The translations under genes and the position numbers were made by a program. Positions 19,301 through 27,888 of a stretch of 64,000 nt of DNA are shown piece after piece (within the stretch, counting starts at the first letter, position 1; every line of letters begins with the position of its first letter). Source of the DNA: a virus (lineage: Duplodnaviria; Caudoviricetes); IMG/VR virus record IMGVR_UViG_2767802057_000001, positions 3,839 to 67,838 of that record; one strand, given 5' to 3'. Below the pieces are notes generated by a model. That model was not told the origin of the DNA, did not search any database, and saw only the letters and a program-made list of their open reading frames with translations.

Positions 19301-21014
19301 CCGCATTCACGAACGCCTGAGCGTTCGGGGCGAGCCGCGCCATCGCGTCGCCGAGCTTGTTCGTTGCCAGCGCGCCCGCTGTCTGCGCGTCGGCAAGCGC
19401 CTGCGCTGCCTCGCGGGCGGCCTCCTGGGCGTCGGCGATCTGCCGGGCCCCATCAGTGGCTGCCTTCGCCGCCGCGGCCTGTGCGTCCGCCACGTCGCGC
19501 TGAGCCTTCGCGATCCGCTGCGCCCCGTCTTCCTGCGTGCGTGCGGCCTCGATCTCCGCATCCGTGAGGGCCTGGGTCTTGTCGGAGACCTGCTGGTTAG
19601 CGTCGACGATGTCCTGCTTGGCCTTGACTACCTTGTCGGAGCCTTCGACGCCCGCCTTGTTCGCCTGGTCGGTCTGCTCCTGCAGGCGCTTGGTCTCCGT
19701 CTGCTGCTCTTGCAGAGCCTGCTTGGCTTTGTCGTAGTTGAGCTGGGCCTGGTCGATCTCCTCTTGCGTGGCCGCGGCACCCTTGGCCTTGACCGCGGCC
19801 AGTTCTTTCTCCGCGTCCTGCAGGTCCAGGACTTTCTGCCGCTGGTCGAGCTGGGCGTCCGCGAGCCGGTTGTTGAGGTCTTCGAGCTCCTGGGCGGCCT
19901 CCTTGCGGGCGTCGTTCAGATCCTCCTGCGCCTTACGTGCCGCGCGCTGCGCGTCCGCGAGGTCCCGCTCCGCTGACGCCACGGACTCCGCGGCCCGGCG
20001 GTTCGCATCCGACACGTCCTCAACGGTGTTCTTCAGGGCGAGTTGGGCATCCTGAATGTCCCGGGCGGCTTTCACCCTGGCCTCTGCGGCGTTGACCTCG
20101 GCGTCCTTCACCGCCTGCGTGGCCTTGGCCAGCGACCGCTGCGCCGACTCCACCTTGCGAGTCGCCGACTCCGCGGACGCCGCGGACTTCGCGGCCGGCG
20201 CGAACGCAGCCTTGAACGCGTCACCGATCCCAGACGTGCCGATCTTGATTGCGGCGAACGCACTGGCCAGCGACAGCACAGCGGGCGCGGCGAGCGCCGC
20301 GGCCGGGCCCATCGCGGCGATCGACTGCCCGAGGGAGGCGATCGTCGGCAGTGCTGCTACCGCAATTGCCGCGAGCCGGGCGATCGTCGACGACAGCACG
20401 CCTGCGCCTGCACCACCGCCCCCGCCGACCCTGGACAGGATGGACAGCGCGGACCGGTCGACGTCGAGGCGGACGTTGACGCGCCGGTCGCGGGTCAGGG
20501 TGTCGATACGGGCCCGGGCGGCGGCCGTGTCAGCGTCCGCCTGCACCGTCATCCGCCTGCGCCGCGTCAGGACCGCCAGTGAATCAGCGGCCACCCGCGT
20601 ATCGACGTCGATGCCGATACGGACGGTGCGTCGCTGGGTCAGGTTGCGGATCTCATCAGCGGCCACCCGCGTGTCCACTGCCGCGCGGATGTTGAGGGTG
20701 CGGTCTGCGGTGAGCCGGTCCAGTTGCGTCTTGACCCGGTTGTAGGCGGCGTCGGAGATTTTCGGGCTGACGGTGACGTCGACGTCCTTCAGGCGCAGCC
20801 GCTGCAGGGCGGTCTCGTCGAGGTCGAGCTTGACTTTCAGCAGCCGTTCACGGGTGAGCCGGTCGAGTTTGGCGAGGGCGTCCTTGTCGTCGAGGTCGAC
20901 GCCGACCTTGACCTGGGTGCGCTTGGACTTGAGGCGGTCCATGGCCCGGTCGTAGTTGGACTCGTCGGCCGTGACCTCGACGTACCCCTCGGCGATGCGG
21001 AACGCCCCGGCCAT
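16377..21014 (-). CDS. Tape measure protein with C-terminal NlpC/P60-like domain
   Basis: 1545 aa; Ala/Gln coiled coils, periodic W/F repeats, LPYQWAGNG...DCSGFMS...GHTAG. Confidence 0.93.
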   Translation of the reverse strand: MAGAFRIAEGYVEVTADESNYDRAMDRLKSKRTQVKVGVDLDDKDALAKLDRLTRERLLKVKLDLDETALQRLRLKDVDVTVSPKISDAAYNRVKTQLDRLTADRTLNIRAAVDTRVAADEIRNLTQRRTVRIGIDVDTRVAADSLAVLTRRRRMTVQADADTAAARARIDTLTRDRRVNVRLDVDRSALSILSRVGGGGGAGAGVLSSTIARLAAIAVAALPTIASLGQSIAAMGPAAALAAPAVLSLASAFAAIKIGTSGIGDAFKAAFAPAAKSAASAESATRKVESAQRSLAKATQAVKDAEVNAAEARVKAARDIQDAQLALKNTVEDVSDANRRAAESVASAERDLADAQRAARKAQEDLNDARKEAAQELEDLNNRLADAQLDQRQKVLDLQDAEKELAAVKAKGAAATQEEIDQAQLNYDKAKQALQEQQTETKRLQEQTDQANKAGVEGSDKVVKAKQDIVDANQQVSDKTQALTDAEIEAARTQEDGAQRIAKAQRDVADAQAAAAKAATDGARQIADAQEAAREAAQALADAQTAGALATNKLGDAMARLAPNAQAFVNAVLAQREAWRSLKLDVQNALFAGLGQKFTQLSTAIIPSLRAGLVGTATVLNTMAVNAANAVIQLGKTGQLRQLFDGLNNGLRPLSRFPGQFITGLTQISIAASPAFARLTTAAGQAADRISKRLGDAFKSGALEDAINHGIEVAKQFGKFFGDVFGTVGNIMRAAAQGGGDALGTLGAVFAELNRVTALPGVQQALTSVFGAISKIAGTLAGVIGTTLQAVLPAIAPIADAIAGLLTNAGPLLPLIGTLLLRFNPLLGIMVALAPIIGDLAKALTPVIQLVAQLATIFFNSLRPYIDAVLKVVVMLVQAVATSLQPVLQALMPIVGVVAQLFAGLAPILPQLAAAILPLIPPIAQLAVALLNLALHVITPLMPLIVGLAQLMATVLTGAMSVLIPVINTVIGWITKFVDGVTAAVDWIVDKFQMLYDKLVGHSIIPDLVNAIISWFTGLWTKTKQLFTDLKNWIVNTWNSLWSNVRSKWDSFWGGLKSAVSGAWNWVKSSVSSLRTAISSTWSGLWNSVSSKVSSIFSTINGKINSFKSGMQSAFSRLRDALGTVWDGVKSKISAPVKWVVSHVYNDGIRKMWNTIAGRVSSKLTLPAISLGFNKGGVVPGSGNSDTVPAMLTPGERILSKQQVAQLGGHRGIDAMLGQDRPTKTGGNPTRQQERQREQAGAQHFGIGGIVGSVTSGISGAIGGALDFAKDLVIGGLKAAAQKAISSLVRPLINAIPGGGVGSLLKGLSNKALDSMLSFLGAEDKKAVGGPAVQRALAWAKSQSGLPYQWAGNGNPSWDCSGFMSAIESVIRGERPHRRWATGAFVGNSGPSGWVRNLKSPFMIGVTNAGVGHTAGTLAGVNFESSGGRGVHYGKTARGYNDPMFTSQWGFAPAAKYDSGGLLQPGATMAVNATRRPERVLDAQQTAMFEQLVSGSHGGGSITIENITVSGTFDFSSPTARRAAANALVAEMKEALRKFDRERAR

Positions 21015-21428
21015 CTACCCTCCCTGTGCCACGCTCACGAGCCCCGGGAATTGGGCCCGGAACTGGGTCAGCGAGACCTCGCTGACCTCGTTGGTGCCGC
21101 GCCCGGCGGGGGCGGCGGTGCTGCTCGTGCGGGTTGGGGTGGGGCGGCTCGGTTCCCGCTCCTCACGCTCGGCTTCAACGCGGGCCGCCATCACGCCCGT
21201 GTAGGCGGTCAGCCGGTGCGCCAGCGCGAAGTAGCGGCGGGCGCTGATCTCGACTTGCTCAAGGTCGATGCCGTAGATCGCGAGGAAGTCGGCGTCCAGG
21301 TCGTCCTGGTGGTCGAGGACCCAGACGAGTTCCTCGACCCGTTCGACGATGGCCTGCGCGCACTCGGGTTCCCGGATCTGCTCGAGCGCCCGGATCCACG
21401 CGGCGCCGTCGTCTACTTCGCTTTTCCC
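21015..21428 (-). CDS. Tail assembly chaperone, -1 frameshift extension
   Basis: Open -1 frame from the slippery site to the tape measure start. Confidence 0.75.
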   Translation of the reverse strand, partial: GKSEVDDGAAWIRALEQIREPECAQAIVERVEELVWVLDHQDDLDADFLAIYGIDLEQVEISARRYFALAHRLTAYTGVMAARVEAEREEREPSRPTPTRTSSTAAPAGRGTNEVSEVSLTQFRAQFPGLVSVAQGG

Positions 21429-21817
21429 CCTTGCTGCTTCCGGCCGAGGGCGAGGTCGAGGACCTTGTTGATGATCCACTCCATCTGGTCCTCGTCCAGC
21501 GCCTTCGACTGCTCCAGCGCCTCGTAGGCGTCCTCGCCCAGGACCCGGATCAGGAGCGGTGCGGTGGCCAGCTCGCGGCCGTGCTCGCGGGCCTCCCGCA
21601 GGAACTGCAACGCAACGCCCGGGGGGATCTGCTTGGGGATCGTGTACTCGTCGTCGCCGATGTAGAAGAGCGGGACCCGCTCCTCCACGACGTCGTCGTT
21701 GGCAGCGATCCGCAGCGGCTCGAAGTCCAGCGCGTCGGTGCCGTTGTCGGGCTTGGCCACGGCGCGCTTGCGGGCCGCGGCGGCCTGGCGGGTACGGGCG
21801 GGGGTGGTGGATGCCAT
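21413..21817 (-). CDS. Tail assembly chaperone
   Basis: Between major tail and tape measure genes; ends GGG GGA AAA GCG AAG TAG. Confidence 0.85.
   Translation of the reverse strand: MASTTPARTRQAAAARKRAVAKPDNGTDALDFEPLRIAANDDVVEERVPLFYIGDDEYTIPKQIPPGVALQFLREAREHGRELATAPLLIRVLGEDAYEALEQSKALDEDQMEWIINKVLDLALGRKQQGGKAK
21422..21428 (-). other. Programmed -1 frameshift heptamer G GGA AAA
   Basis: X XXY YYZ in frame, two codons before the stop; -1 frame open for about 135 codons. Confidence 0.8.
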
Positions 21818-21855
21818 GGGTGGTGCTCCTCGCTACGGACAGGAACGGACGTCGG

Positions 21856-22416
21856 TCAGCTGGTCTGGTCGACGATGTGGAAGGGGGTGACGGACGCCGA
21901 GACGTAGTGGCCCGAGAACTTCGCGGGGATCAGCGTCTGCTTGTCCTTCGTGTACGCGAGCTCCACCGAGTCGGTGTTGAGCATGCGGCGGCCGATGATC
22001 CGACGCCGGAACTGGTTCGGGGCGTACCCGTCGAGGATCAGCGCGAAGTAGTTCGGCTGCGTGGCGGAGCTGGTCACGTTGGGATCGAACGACTTGAAGC
22101 CCGCACCGGAGGCGGAGGTGCCGCCGTTGAGGACCAGGCTCAGGTTCTCCAGGGTGGCCTCGGCGAGGGAGGTCTCGATGGTGAAGTCCTGCTTGGTCAG
22201 GCGGGACCCGACGCGGAGGGTGATCTGGTCGACCTCCAGCTCCGAGTAGGTCTGGTCGACGCTGAGCTTGACGCCGTCCTGGGTGCCGCCCAGGTCCGTC
22301 CAGGTGGACGCGGCCGGAGTGGTGTTGATCGCGGTGTCGGTCGGCTCGGTCGCGCCGACCGCTCCCGAGTAGAGGGACGCCGGGCCCTGGATCAGGTTCG
22401 TGGTGGTCACCGACAT
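21856..22416 (-). CDS. Major tail (tube) protein
   Basis: WTDLGGTQDGVKL...IETSLAEATLENL pattern; position upstream of chaperone. Confidence 0.88.
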   Translation of the reverse strand: MSVTTTNLIQGPASLYSGAVGATEPTDTAINTTPAASTWTDLGGTQDGVKLSVDQTYSELEVDQITLRVGSRLTKQDFTIETSLAEATLENLSLVLNGGTSASGAGFKSFDPNVTSSATQPNYFALILDGYAPNQFRRRIIGRRMLNTDSVELAYTKDKQTLIPAKFSGHYVSASVTPFHIVDQTS

Positions 22417-22419
22417 GGG

Positions 22420-22611
22420 TCAGCTCTCCTTGCTTCCGGCCGCGCCGGACGTCTTCTTCGCGGGGGTGGCCGGGGCCGCGGTCGCGGACGGCACGGTCTC
22501 GGTGGCGGTCTCCTCGACGAGGAGGCCCTGCCGCTGCAGGTCCAGGTACTCGGCGTCGTCGACCTCGATGGTCTGGTCGGGGCGCATGGTGGTGCGGACG
22601 GTCCGCGTCAT
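22420..22611 (-). CDS. Small virion-module protein
   Basis: MTRTVRTTMRPDQTIEVDDAEYLDL; coupled overlap. Confidence 0.65.
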   Translation of the reverse strand: MTRTVRTTMRPDQTIEVDDAEYLDLQRQGLLVEETATETVPSATAAPATPAKKTSGAAGSKES

Positions 22612-22838
22612 CGGTAGGCCTCTCTCCGGATCGGGAAGCGGTGGTGGCTGAAGTGCGGGTGGAAGCGCAGCTCGATGGTCTGCTCGGGCGGGATGCTCGG
22701 CGGGCACGGCACGAACCGGATCGGCCCGGCCAGCAGGAACTCCAGCTCCGCTCGGTCGTTGTGGACCAGCACGCGGCCGTTCCAGGACAGGAGTTGCCCG
22801 TGCGGGGTGTCCTCCTGGATGGCCCACATCCGGCTCAT
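22608..22838 (-). CDS. Hypothetical protein
   Basis: ATGA overlaps both sides. Confidence 0.6.
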   Translation of the reverse strand: MSRMWAIQEDTPHGQLLSWNGRVLVHNDRAELEFLLAGPIRFVPCPPSIPPEQTIELRFHPHFSHHRFPIRREAYR

Positions 22839-23284
22839 GACGGAACCTCCACCCATGCGATGACCAGGCCGGGAATGCTGTAGCGGGCGTAGGACGATGG
22901 GTCGTCCGGGACGCGTCGGTGCTCGCCGGTGGTGTACGCGGACAACACCCGGGCCTGCGGATAGCCGGGCGGCAGCGTGACGACCTGCGGGATCGCCGGA
23001 TGGTCGTAGCAGGCGGCCTGGATCGCCTCCGCCAGCGCGGCGGCCTTGTTCCACGGCGGCTTCTGGCTCTGGGGGTTGTTCGCCCAGCAGTCCACGCCAA
23101 TGGCGGGCTCACGCAGCGGCACGTACAGGTTCGGGGTACCGCCGACGGTGGTGATCGTGCAGAACCCGGACGCCGCCCAAGACTCGTTGTCCTTGGGCAG
23201 GGTGGTGGCCACGCGGTCGCCGACCACGGTCTTCAGCCAGGCCGTGGCAACCAGCTCGGGGGTGGGGCGGAGGCGGAGGGTCAT
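22835..23284 (-). CDS. Tail terminator-like protein
   Basis: Position and size in head-tail joining block. Confidence 0.65.
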   Translation of the reverse strand: MTLRLRPTPELVATAWLKTVVGDRVATTLPKDNESWAASGFCTITTVGGTPNLYVPLREPAIGVDCWANNPQSQKPPWNKAAALAEAIQAACYDHPAIPQVVTLPPGYPQARVLSAYTTGEHRRVPDDPSSYARYSIPGLVIAWVEVPS

Positions 23285-23652
23285 GGTGTCCTCCGCTGGA
23301 ACAGGGCCGGCCGCAGGTAGGGCATCGGCGGCGTGCCGGGATGGTTGACGCGGGCCACGGGGTGGTCGGCGCCAGGCCAGTACAGGGCCTTCTTGTTCTT
23401 CGGGGTGATGACGTGCGCGGCGGTGCCGAGTTCGACGTCGGTGGCGTAGTTGCAGTCGAGGGAGCCGACGCGGAGCACCTTGTCGTGGGTTTCGGAGCGG
23501 AGGGAGTCGTGAAGGCGGCCGGTGCGCTTGTGCACGTAGTTCCGGGCGTCACCGAGGATGGCCGGGCCGATGGTGCCGTCGAGCCAGTCGTTGATGGCTG
23601 CGTCGACGTGCGTGCGCGCGGAAGGGTCGATCCGCATGCTGGATCGCACCAT
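23281..23652 (-). CDS. HK97 gp10-like tail completion protein
   Basis: RTGRLHDSL...YATDVELGT...HPGTPPMPYLRPAL. Confidence 0.8.
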   Translation of the reverse strand: MVRSSMRIDPSARTHVDAAINDWLDGTIGPAILGDARNYVHKRTGRLHDSLRSETHDKVLRVGSLDCNYATDVELGTAAHVITPKNKKALYWPGADHPVARVNHPGTPPMPYLRPALFQRRTP

Positions 23653-23721
23653 GGCCGCCTCCTCTCCGAAGGTGGTCGTTCGGTGGCCTGCCCGGTCTCC
23701 CCGGGCGTGCGGCCTGTGCTG

Positions 23722-24054
23722 TTAGGTGGTGCGCCGCAGATCCAGACGGAGGTCCGGTGTGACTGCGGGGTTCGCCATCGAGGAGACGGCGTCGACGGTG
23801 TAGATCGCGCCGGTGCGCTCGTCCTTGATGCGGTCCTGGTCGGTGACGTCCGTGCCGGCCGCGACGCGGGCAACCGCGTAGCGGACGATGCGGGGCGTCG
23901 GGTCGTCGCGGGTGGTAACCCGCCTGGTCTGTTCGGTCAGCGCGGCCGGGATACCGGTGTACTTCGGGGTGTCGGTGTCGGCTTCGTCGCCCCAGGCGTC
24001 GGTGGTGGTGCCGCGCAGGACGGCGAGGGTGGTGGTGGCGATGGCGATCGGCAT
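23722..24054 (-). CDS. Head closure (stopper)-like protein
   Basis: Beta-rich, TDVTDQDRIKD..YTVDAV; position. Confidence 0.65.
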   Translation of the reverse strand: MPIAIATTTLAVLRGTTTDAWGDEADTDTPKYTGIPAALTEQTRRVTTRDDPTPRIVRYAVARVAAGTDVTDQDRIKDERTGAIYTVDAVSSMANPAVTPDLRLDLRRTT

Positions 24055-24500
24055 CACGGCCCCCCGGTGTACGGGGCCCAGACGAGGTGTTCGTCGGAGC
24101 CGTCCGACAGGGCGTCGCCGACGATCGGTCCAGCGCCCTCGATGGCGGAGCGGATGTGGACGGTCCTCGACCGCATCCACGACACCCGGTTCAGAGCACG
24201 TCTGGCCATGGGTGCGAGGACCAGGCCGTCACCCTGCAGCGTGGTGGAGACCTGGTCTTGCTGGATCTGCGTGGCATCCAGCCGCGTCTCCAGCCCGAAC
24301 TGGCCTGCGATCCACGCGGCTTGGTAGGCGACGGCCTGGCCCAGCCAGTAGAGGTCCCGCGTCCGCATCCGAGTCTCGTCGCCCCAGATGCGGTTGCTGA
24401 AGACCTGGATTGCGGCCTGCGCCTGGGCAAGCTGCTGGTCCGTCACCGACACCCCAGTGGCGTCGATGACGTCCTGCGCGGTGCACCAGGCGTTGACCAT
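24054..24500 (-). CDS. Head-tail adaptor
   Basis: WCTAQDVIDATG start; helical; position. Confidence 0.7.
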   Translation of the reverse strand: MVNAWCTAQDVIDATGVSVTDQQLAQAQAAIQVFSNRIWGDETRMRTRDLYWLGQAVAYQAAWIAGQFGLETRLDATQIQQDQVSTTLQGDGLVLAPMARRALNRVSWMRSRTVHIRSAIEGAGPIVGDALSDGSDEHLVWAPYTGGP

Positions 24501-24501
24501 G

Positions 24502-24921
24502 TCAGCCCTCGCTCTTGCTCTTGCTGGTGTCGCCGTCGATGACGTCCCGCGGGGTCGTGGTGTCCTCGGGTCGGTCGTCGACGGAGGCGGGCACGGTGTC
24601 CACCGAGTAGGTGAGGATCAGGGAGAGGCCGTCGGGGTGCTCCTCCTGCCCGTCGAAGGAGACCTTGCCGCGCGGGTGCAGGCCGCGCTGGATCGCCTCG
24701 TTGACGACGCCGGCACGGTTGGCCTCGTGCTGGTAGTCCTCGCCGGTCCACCGCGCAGCCTGGACGACGAACTCCTTGACGTGGCGGGTGCCCTTGGCGC
24801 CGTCGGCAGACCGCTCGTCGACTTCGGCGGCGGGCGCGCCGGCCTTCGCGGGGAACTGCCGCTGGCGGACCTGCTGCTGGCCCTCACCGCTCTTGCTGCT
24901 GGTCTTTCTCGTTGCTGCCAC
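24502..24921 (-). CDS. Hypothetical head-associated protein
   Basis: Directly after major capsid gene and terminator; GGAGGTGAG RBS. Confidence 0.65.
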   Translation of the reverse strand: MAATRKTSSKSGEGQQQVRQRQFPAKAGAPAAEVDERSADGAKGTRHVKEFVVQAARWTGEDYQHEANRAGVVNEAIQRGLHPRGKVSFDGQEEHPDGLSLILTYSVDTVPASVDDRPEDTTTPRDVIDGDTSKSKSEG

Positions 24922-24941
24922 GGCTCACCTCCCTGCCGGTG

Positions 24942-24974
24942 GCCGTACCGCCCGGAGCCGTCGGGCGGTACGGC
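24942..24974 (-). terminator. Hairpin after major capsid gene
   Basis: GCCGTACCGCCCG / CGGGCGGTACGGC perfect 13-bp stem. Confidence 0.7.
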
Positions 24975-24985
24975 GGGTGGGGTGG

Positions 24986-25900
24986 TTAGCCGACGAGGAT
25001 GGCCGCGCCGTTGGGGTGGCCGTAGGCCCAGCCGCGACGGGCGCGCATCTTCAGGATCGACTCGTCAGTGAGGGCGGACAGTCCGTCTCGGCCGTCGATG
25101 AACACGGATTCGGGGCCGGAGCGGATACCGAGGAGCATGAGCTCCGGGTTGACGAACGCCATGAGCGGCCGACCCGCCGGTGCGGAGGTCGCGGTGGCGG
25201 ACAGCTTCGCCCCGAGGGACCAGCGGACCGGGACACCGAAGACGGTGTCGGGGGTGCCGGCGCCGTTCTCGTTGAAGATCGGCCGCTGCTGGCCGTCGAC
25301 GACGCCGCGCAGGGACTTACGGAACGCGGGGTGGGCGATGGCGACCATGTTGCCGGGGTCGAAGTAGTCGCCGGACTCGACGTTGCCGATGGCGGTGGAG
25401 AACTCGCCGTAGGTGGGGACGCCCGCGGAGGCGGCGGTGGTGATGTTCGCGCCGCCGGTGTAGCCGAGGGTGGCGTCCGTCGTGTTCAGCAGCTGGTAGA
25501 GGCTGGTGAAGGGGACGGTGGTGCCGTTGGAGGCTGCCGACACCGCGAGCGACGCGTTGTCGATCATCTTGGCGTAGGACTTGCCCCAGCCCATCATCTT
25601 CGACTCGATGATGTTGGCGACCGAGTCGTCGATGTCCTCCTCGGCGATGCGAACGGCCTTGCCGAACTTGATCGCGGACAGGAGCACCTCGTCGTTCAGC
25701 GAGGTGTCCTCGCCGTAGGTGCCGCCCTTCGCGACGACGTCCACGCCCATCCCGGCGGTCCGGGGGACGTGCTTGGTGTCGGAGCCCATGGGGATGCGGG
25801 AGGCGAGCGCCTCGACGGCGGAGATCTGGGTGATGGACTGGACGACTCGCGAGGTTTCCCACTCTTCGGGGATCCACGCTTCCATCGTGTTGCGTGCCAC
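24986..25900 (-). CDS. Major capsid protein (HK97 fold)
   Basis: AWIPEEWETSRVV, KFGKAVRIAEEDIDDS, PDTVFGVPV, LKMRARRGW. Confidence 0.92.
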   Translation of the reverse strand: MARNTMEAWIPEEWETSRVVQSITQISAVEALASRIPMGSDTKHVPRTAGMGVDVVAKGGTYGEDTSLNDEVLLSAIKFGKAVRIAEEDIDDSVANIIESKMMGWGKSYAKMIDNASLAVSAASNGTTVPFTSLYQLLNTTDATLGYTGGANITTAASAGVPTYGEFSTAIGNVESGDYFDPGNMVAIAHPAFRKSLRGVVDGQQRPIFNENGAGTPDTVFGVPVRWSLGAKLSATATSAPAGRPLMAFVNPELMLLGIRSGPESVFIDGRDGLSALTDESILKMRARRGWAYGHPNGAAILVG

Positions 25901-26028
25901 GGTGGCCCTCCTGCGGGCGGCGTGATGGGGAAGCTGTCGGCTCGGGCCCCATCACGGGCGCCTACAAGCGGGCGGTGGCTGCTCCGATCACCGGAGTATT
26001 CACCTGATGCTGAATATACCTTGTGTGG

Positions 26029-26817
26029 TCAAGCCCTGCCCAGGATCCGCTGCGCGTGCAGCTCCGCCGTCGACTTGGGCTTCTCCTGGGCCGGGGGACG
26101 GGGTGCCCCCGTCGGCCTGGCCTTCGGCTTGCGCGCGGGGGCGGAGAACAGCTCGGGGTAGTCGCGGCGCAGTTCGTCGACCGCCGCTTCCAGCCCGGAC
26201 ACGGTGCCGTCGTCGTCGATGTCGAGCGACTCGGTGTCCACCAGCTTCATCAGCCGCTTGAGTCGGGACTCGCCCTTCTCCCGCGAGGACTGCGCCTCGG
26301 GGTCCTTCTCGTCCTGGAGGAATGCCAGGGCGCCGGCCTCGACGAGCGCGCCACGGACGGCGGTCCGCACGAGCGGGGTCCGGTACCGCTTCTCGCCCTC
26401 TTCGCGGGCTTCCCGCAAGGCTTTCTCGTGCTCGGTCTCGTCGCCGCGGGCCTTCTCCTCCAGCTCCTTGTTGCGGAGCCGGTGCCGCTTGGCGTCGTCG
26501 TTGGCCTTCTTCAGCGCGGCCTGCGTGCGCGCCCACTCGTCCTTCGACGGCGGCTTGTAGTCGTCTGGCTCGGTCTTCTTGGTGGGCGGCTTGGGCTTCG
26601 GCTTGTCCTCCGGCTCCGGCTCGTCGTCCTCGACGGGATCCGGCTCGTCTTCCGGGTCGTCGTCGACTTCGACTTCGATGTCCGGCTCGTCGTCGGTCTC
26701 GGCGCCGCCGGCTATGACGTAGATCGGGCGGCCGTCGGCGCGGCGGCCGAGGATCGTTCCGGGCGGCACGCTGATGCCCAGGGGCTGGTCGGTGGTCTGG
26801 TTGGTGTGGATGCCCAT
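26029..26817 (-). CDS. Capsid scaffolding protein
   Basis: Acidic N-terminal tract, coiled coil, LRRDYPELF; precedes capsid gene. Confidence 0.8.
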   Translation of the reverse strand: MGIHTNQTTDQPLGISVPPGTILGRRADGRPIYVIAGGAETDDEPDIEVEVDDDPEDEPDPVEDDEPEPEDKPKPKPPTKKTEPDDYKPPSKDEWARTQAALKKANDDAKRHRLRNKELEEKARGDETEHEKALREAREEGEKRYRTPLVRTAVRGALVEAGALAFLQDEKDPEAQSSREKGESRLKRLMKLVDTESLDIDDDGTVSGLEAAVDELRRDYPELFSAPARKPKARPTGAPRPPAQEKPKSTAELHAQRILGRA

Positions 26818-26871
26818 CGTGTTCTCCTCCATCGCGGGGGCTGGCGGCGACCCATCGGCGGGCGCCGTGGT

Positions 26872-27888
26872 CTATGCGGCGGCCAGGAACCGGCCGGTGC
26901 GGATTGCGGTGCGGGCACGGGCCTCTACCGCAGGCAAAAGATCGTCGATGGTGCGCAGCAGCTCACGGGCAGCCCGCAGGCGTGCGGCACGAGACTCCGA
27001 CGGACGGCCGATGCCGTAGCCGATGGAGCGGTGCGCCTCCCGCTGCAGCGCGAGCGGGAACGGCACGCCCTGCGTGGTCCAGGCGGGATCCCACGGCACC
27101 GTGCGGCAGCGGCAGTGCGGGTGCAGCGGCGGGCCGTCCACGCCCGGCCGCCGACCGACGCGCTGCCGGGGATCCCACGAGAGTCCGCCGGGGAACGGCT
27201 CGCCGGGCTTCGCGGTGCGGCCGGTGTAAGCGAGGCAGCGCACACACGCATCCGCCTCCGCCACCCACAGGCGCAGCGGCGCGGTCGCCCGGACGACAGC
27301 GTCAAGGCCCTCATGCACCGCGGTGTTGATGACCCAGGCGATGTGCGCGCGGACCGCGGGCAGGGCGGCGCGGGCGGCACCGAGCCCAGCCAGCACGTGC
27401 GACCAGCGGGTCACCCGGTCCGGGTGCAGCAGGTGCAGCGCCCGGTCGCGGCGCTCGACCACCAGGGCCCGGACCCGCCGCGCCTCATCACGAAGGACCT
27501 GGCCGACGGACGGCACACGAGGCTCCCGACGGCGGCGGCCGGACGCGGCACGCACGAACTCCGCCCCCTGCCGCACCCCCATCGCGACAGCCGGGCCGAG
27601 ACCGCCCTCCAGGATCCCGGGCGCGCGGCCAGCGAGGTCGTCCAGCAGGCGGCGGACCGCCGCCCTGGCCGCGGCAATGATCCGGCGCAGCACCTCACCA
27701 GGCGCCGCAGGCTGGTTGGGGCCACCGAACGCGCTGGTCCATGCGGTCAGGGTGCGGCGGAACAGATCCTCAAACACCCGGTCACTACCAGGCAGCGCCC
27801 GGCTGGCGAGCTGGTCCTCCAGGTCGATGACCTCGCCCGTGTGGTCGTCCTGGACGAGGCGGGCCAGGCGGTCGCTGTTGTACGCCAT
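26872..27888 (-). CDS. MuF/gp7-like minor head protein
   Basis: ADACVRC...PPLHPHCRC motif; follows portal. Confidence 0.8.
   Translation of the reverse strand: MAYNSDRLARLVQDDHTGEVIDLEDQLASRALPGSDRVFEDLFRRTLTAWTSAFGGPNQPAAPGEVLRRIIAAARAAVRRLLDDLAGRAPGILEGGLGPAVAMGVRQGAEFVRAASGRRRREPRVPSVGQVLRDEARRVRALVVERRDRALHLLHPDRVTRWSHVLAGLGAARAALPAVRAHIAWVINTAVHEGLDAVVRATAPLRLWVAEADACVRCLAYTGRTAKPGEPFPGGLSWDPRQRVGRRPGVDGPPLHPHCRCRTVPWDPAWTTQGVPFPLALQREAHRSIGYGIGRPSESRAARLRAARELLRTIDDLLPAVEARARTAIRTGRFLAAA

Noticed and set aside
26872-27888. MuF-fused polymorphic toxin
   Set aside because: Protein ends shortly after the HPHCRC motif with no sizeable toxin domain or immunity gene
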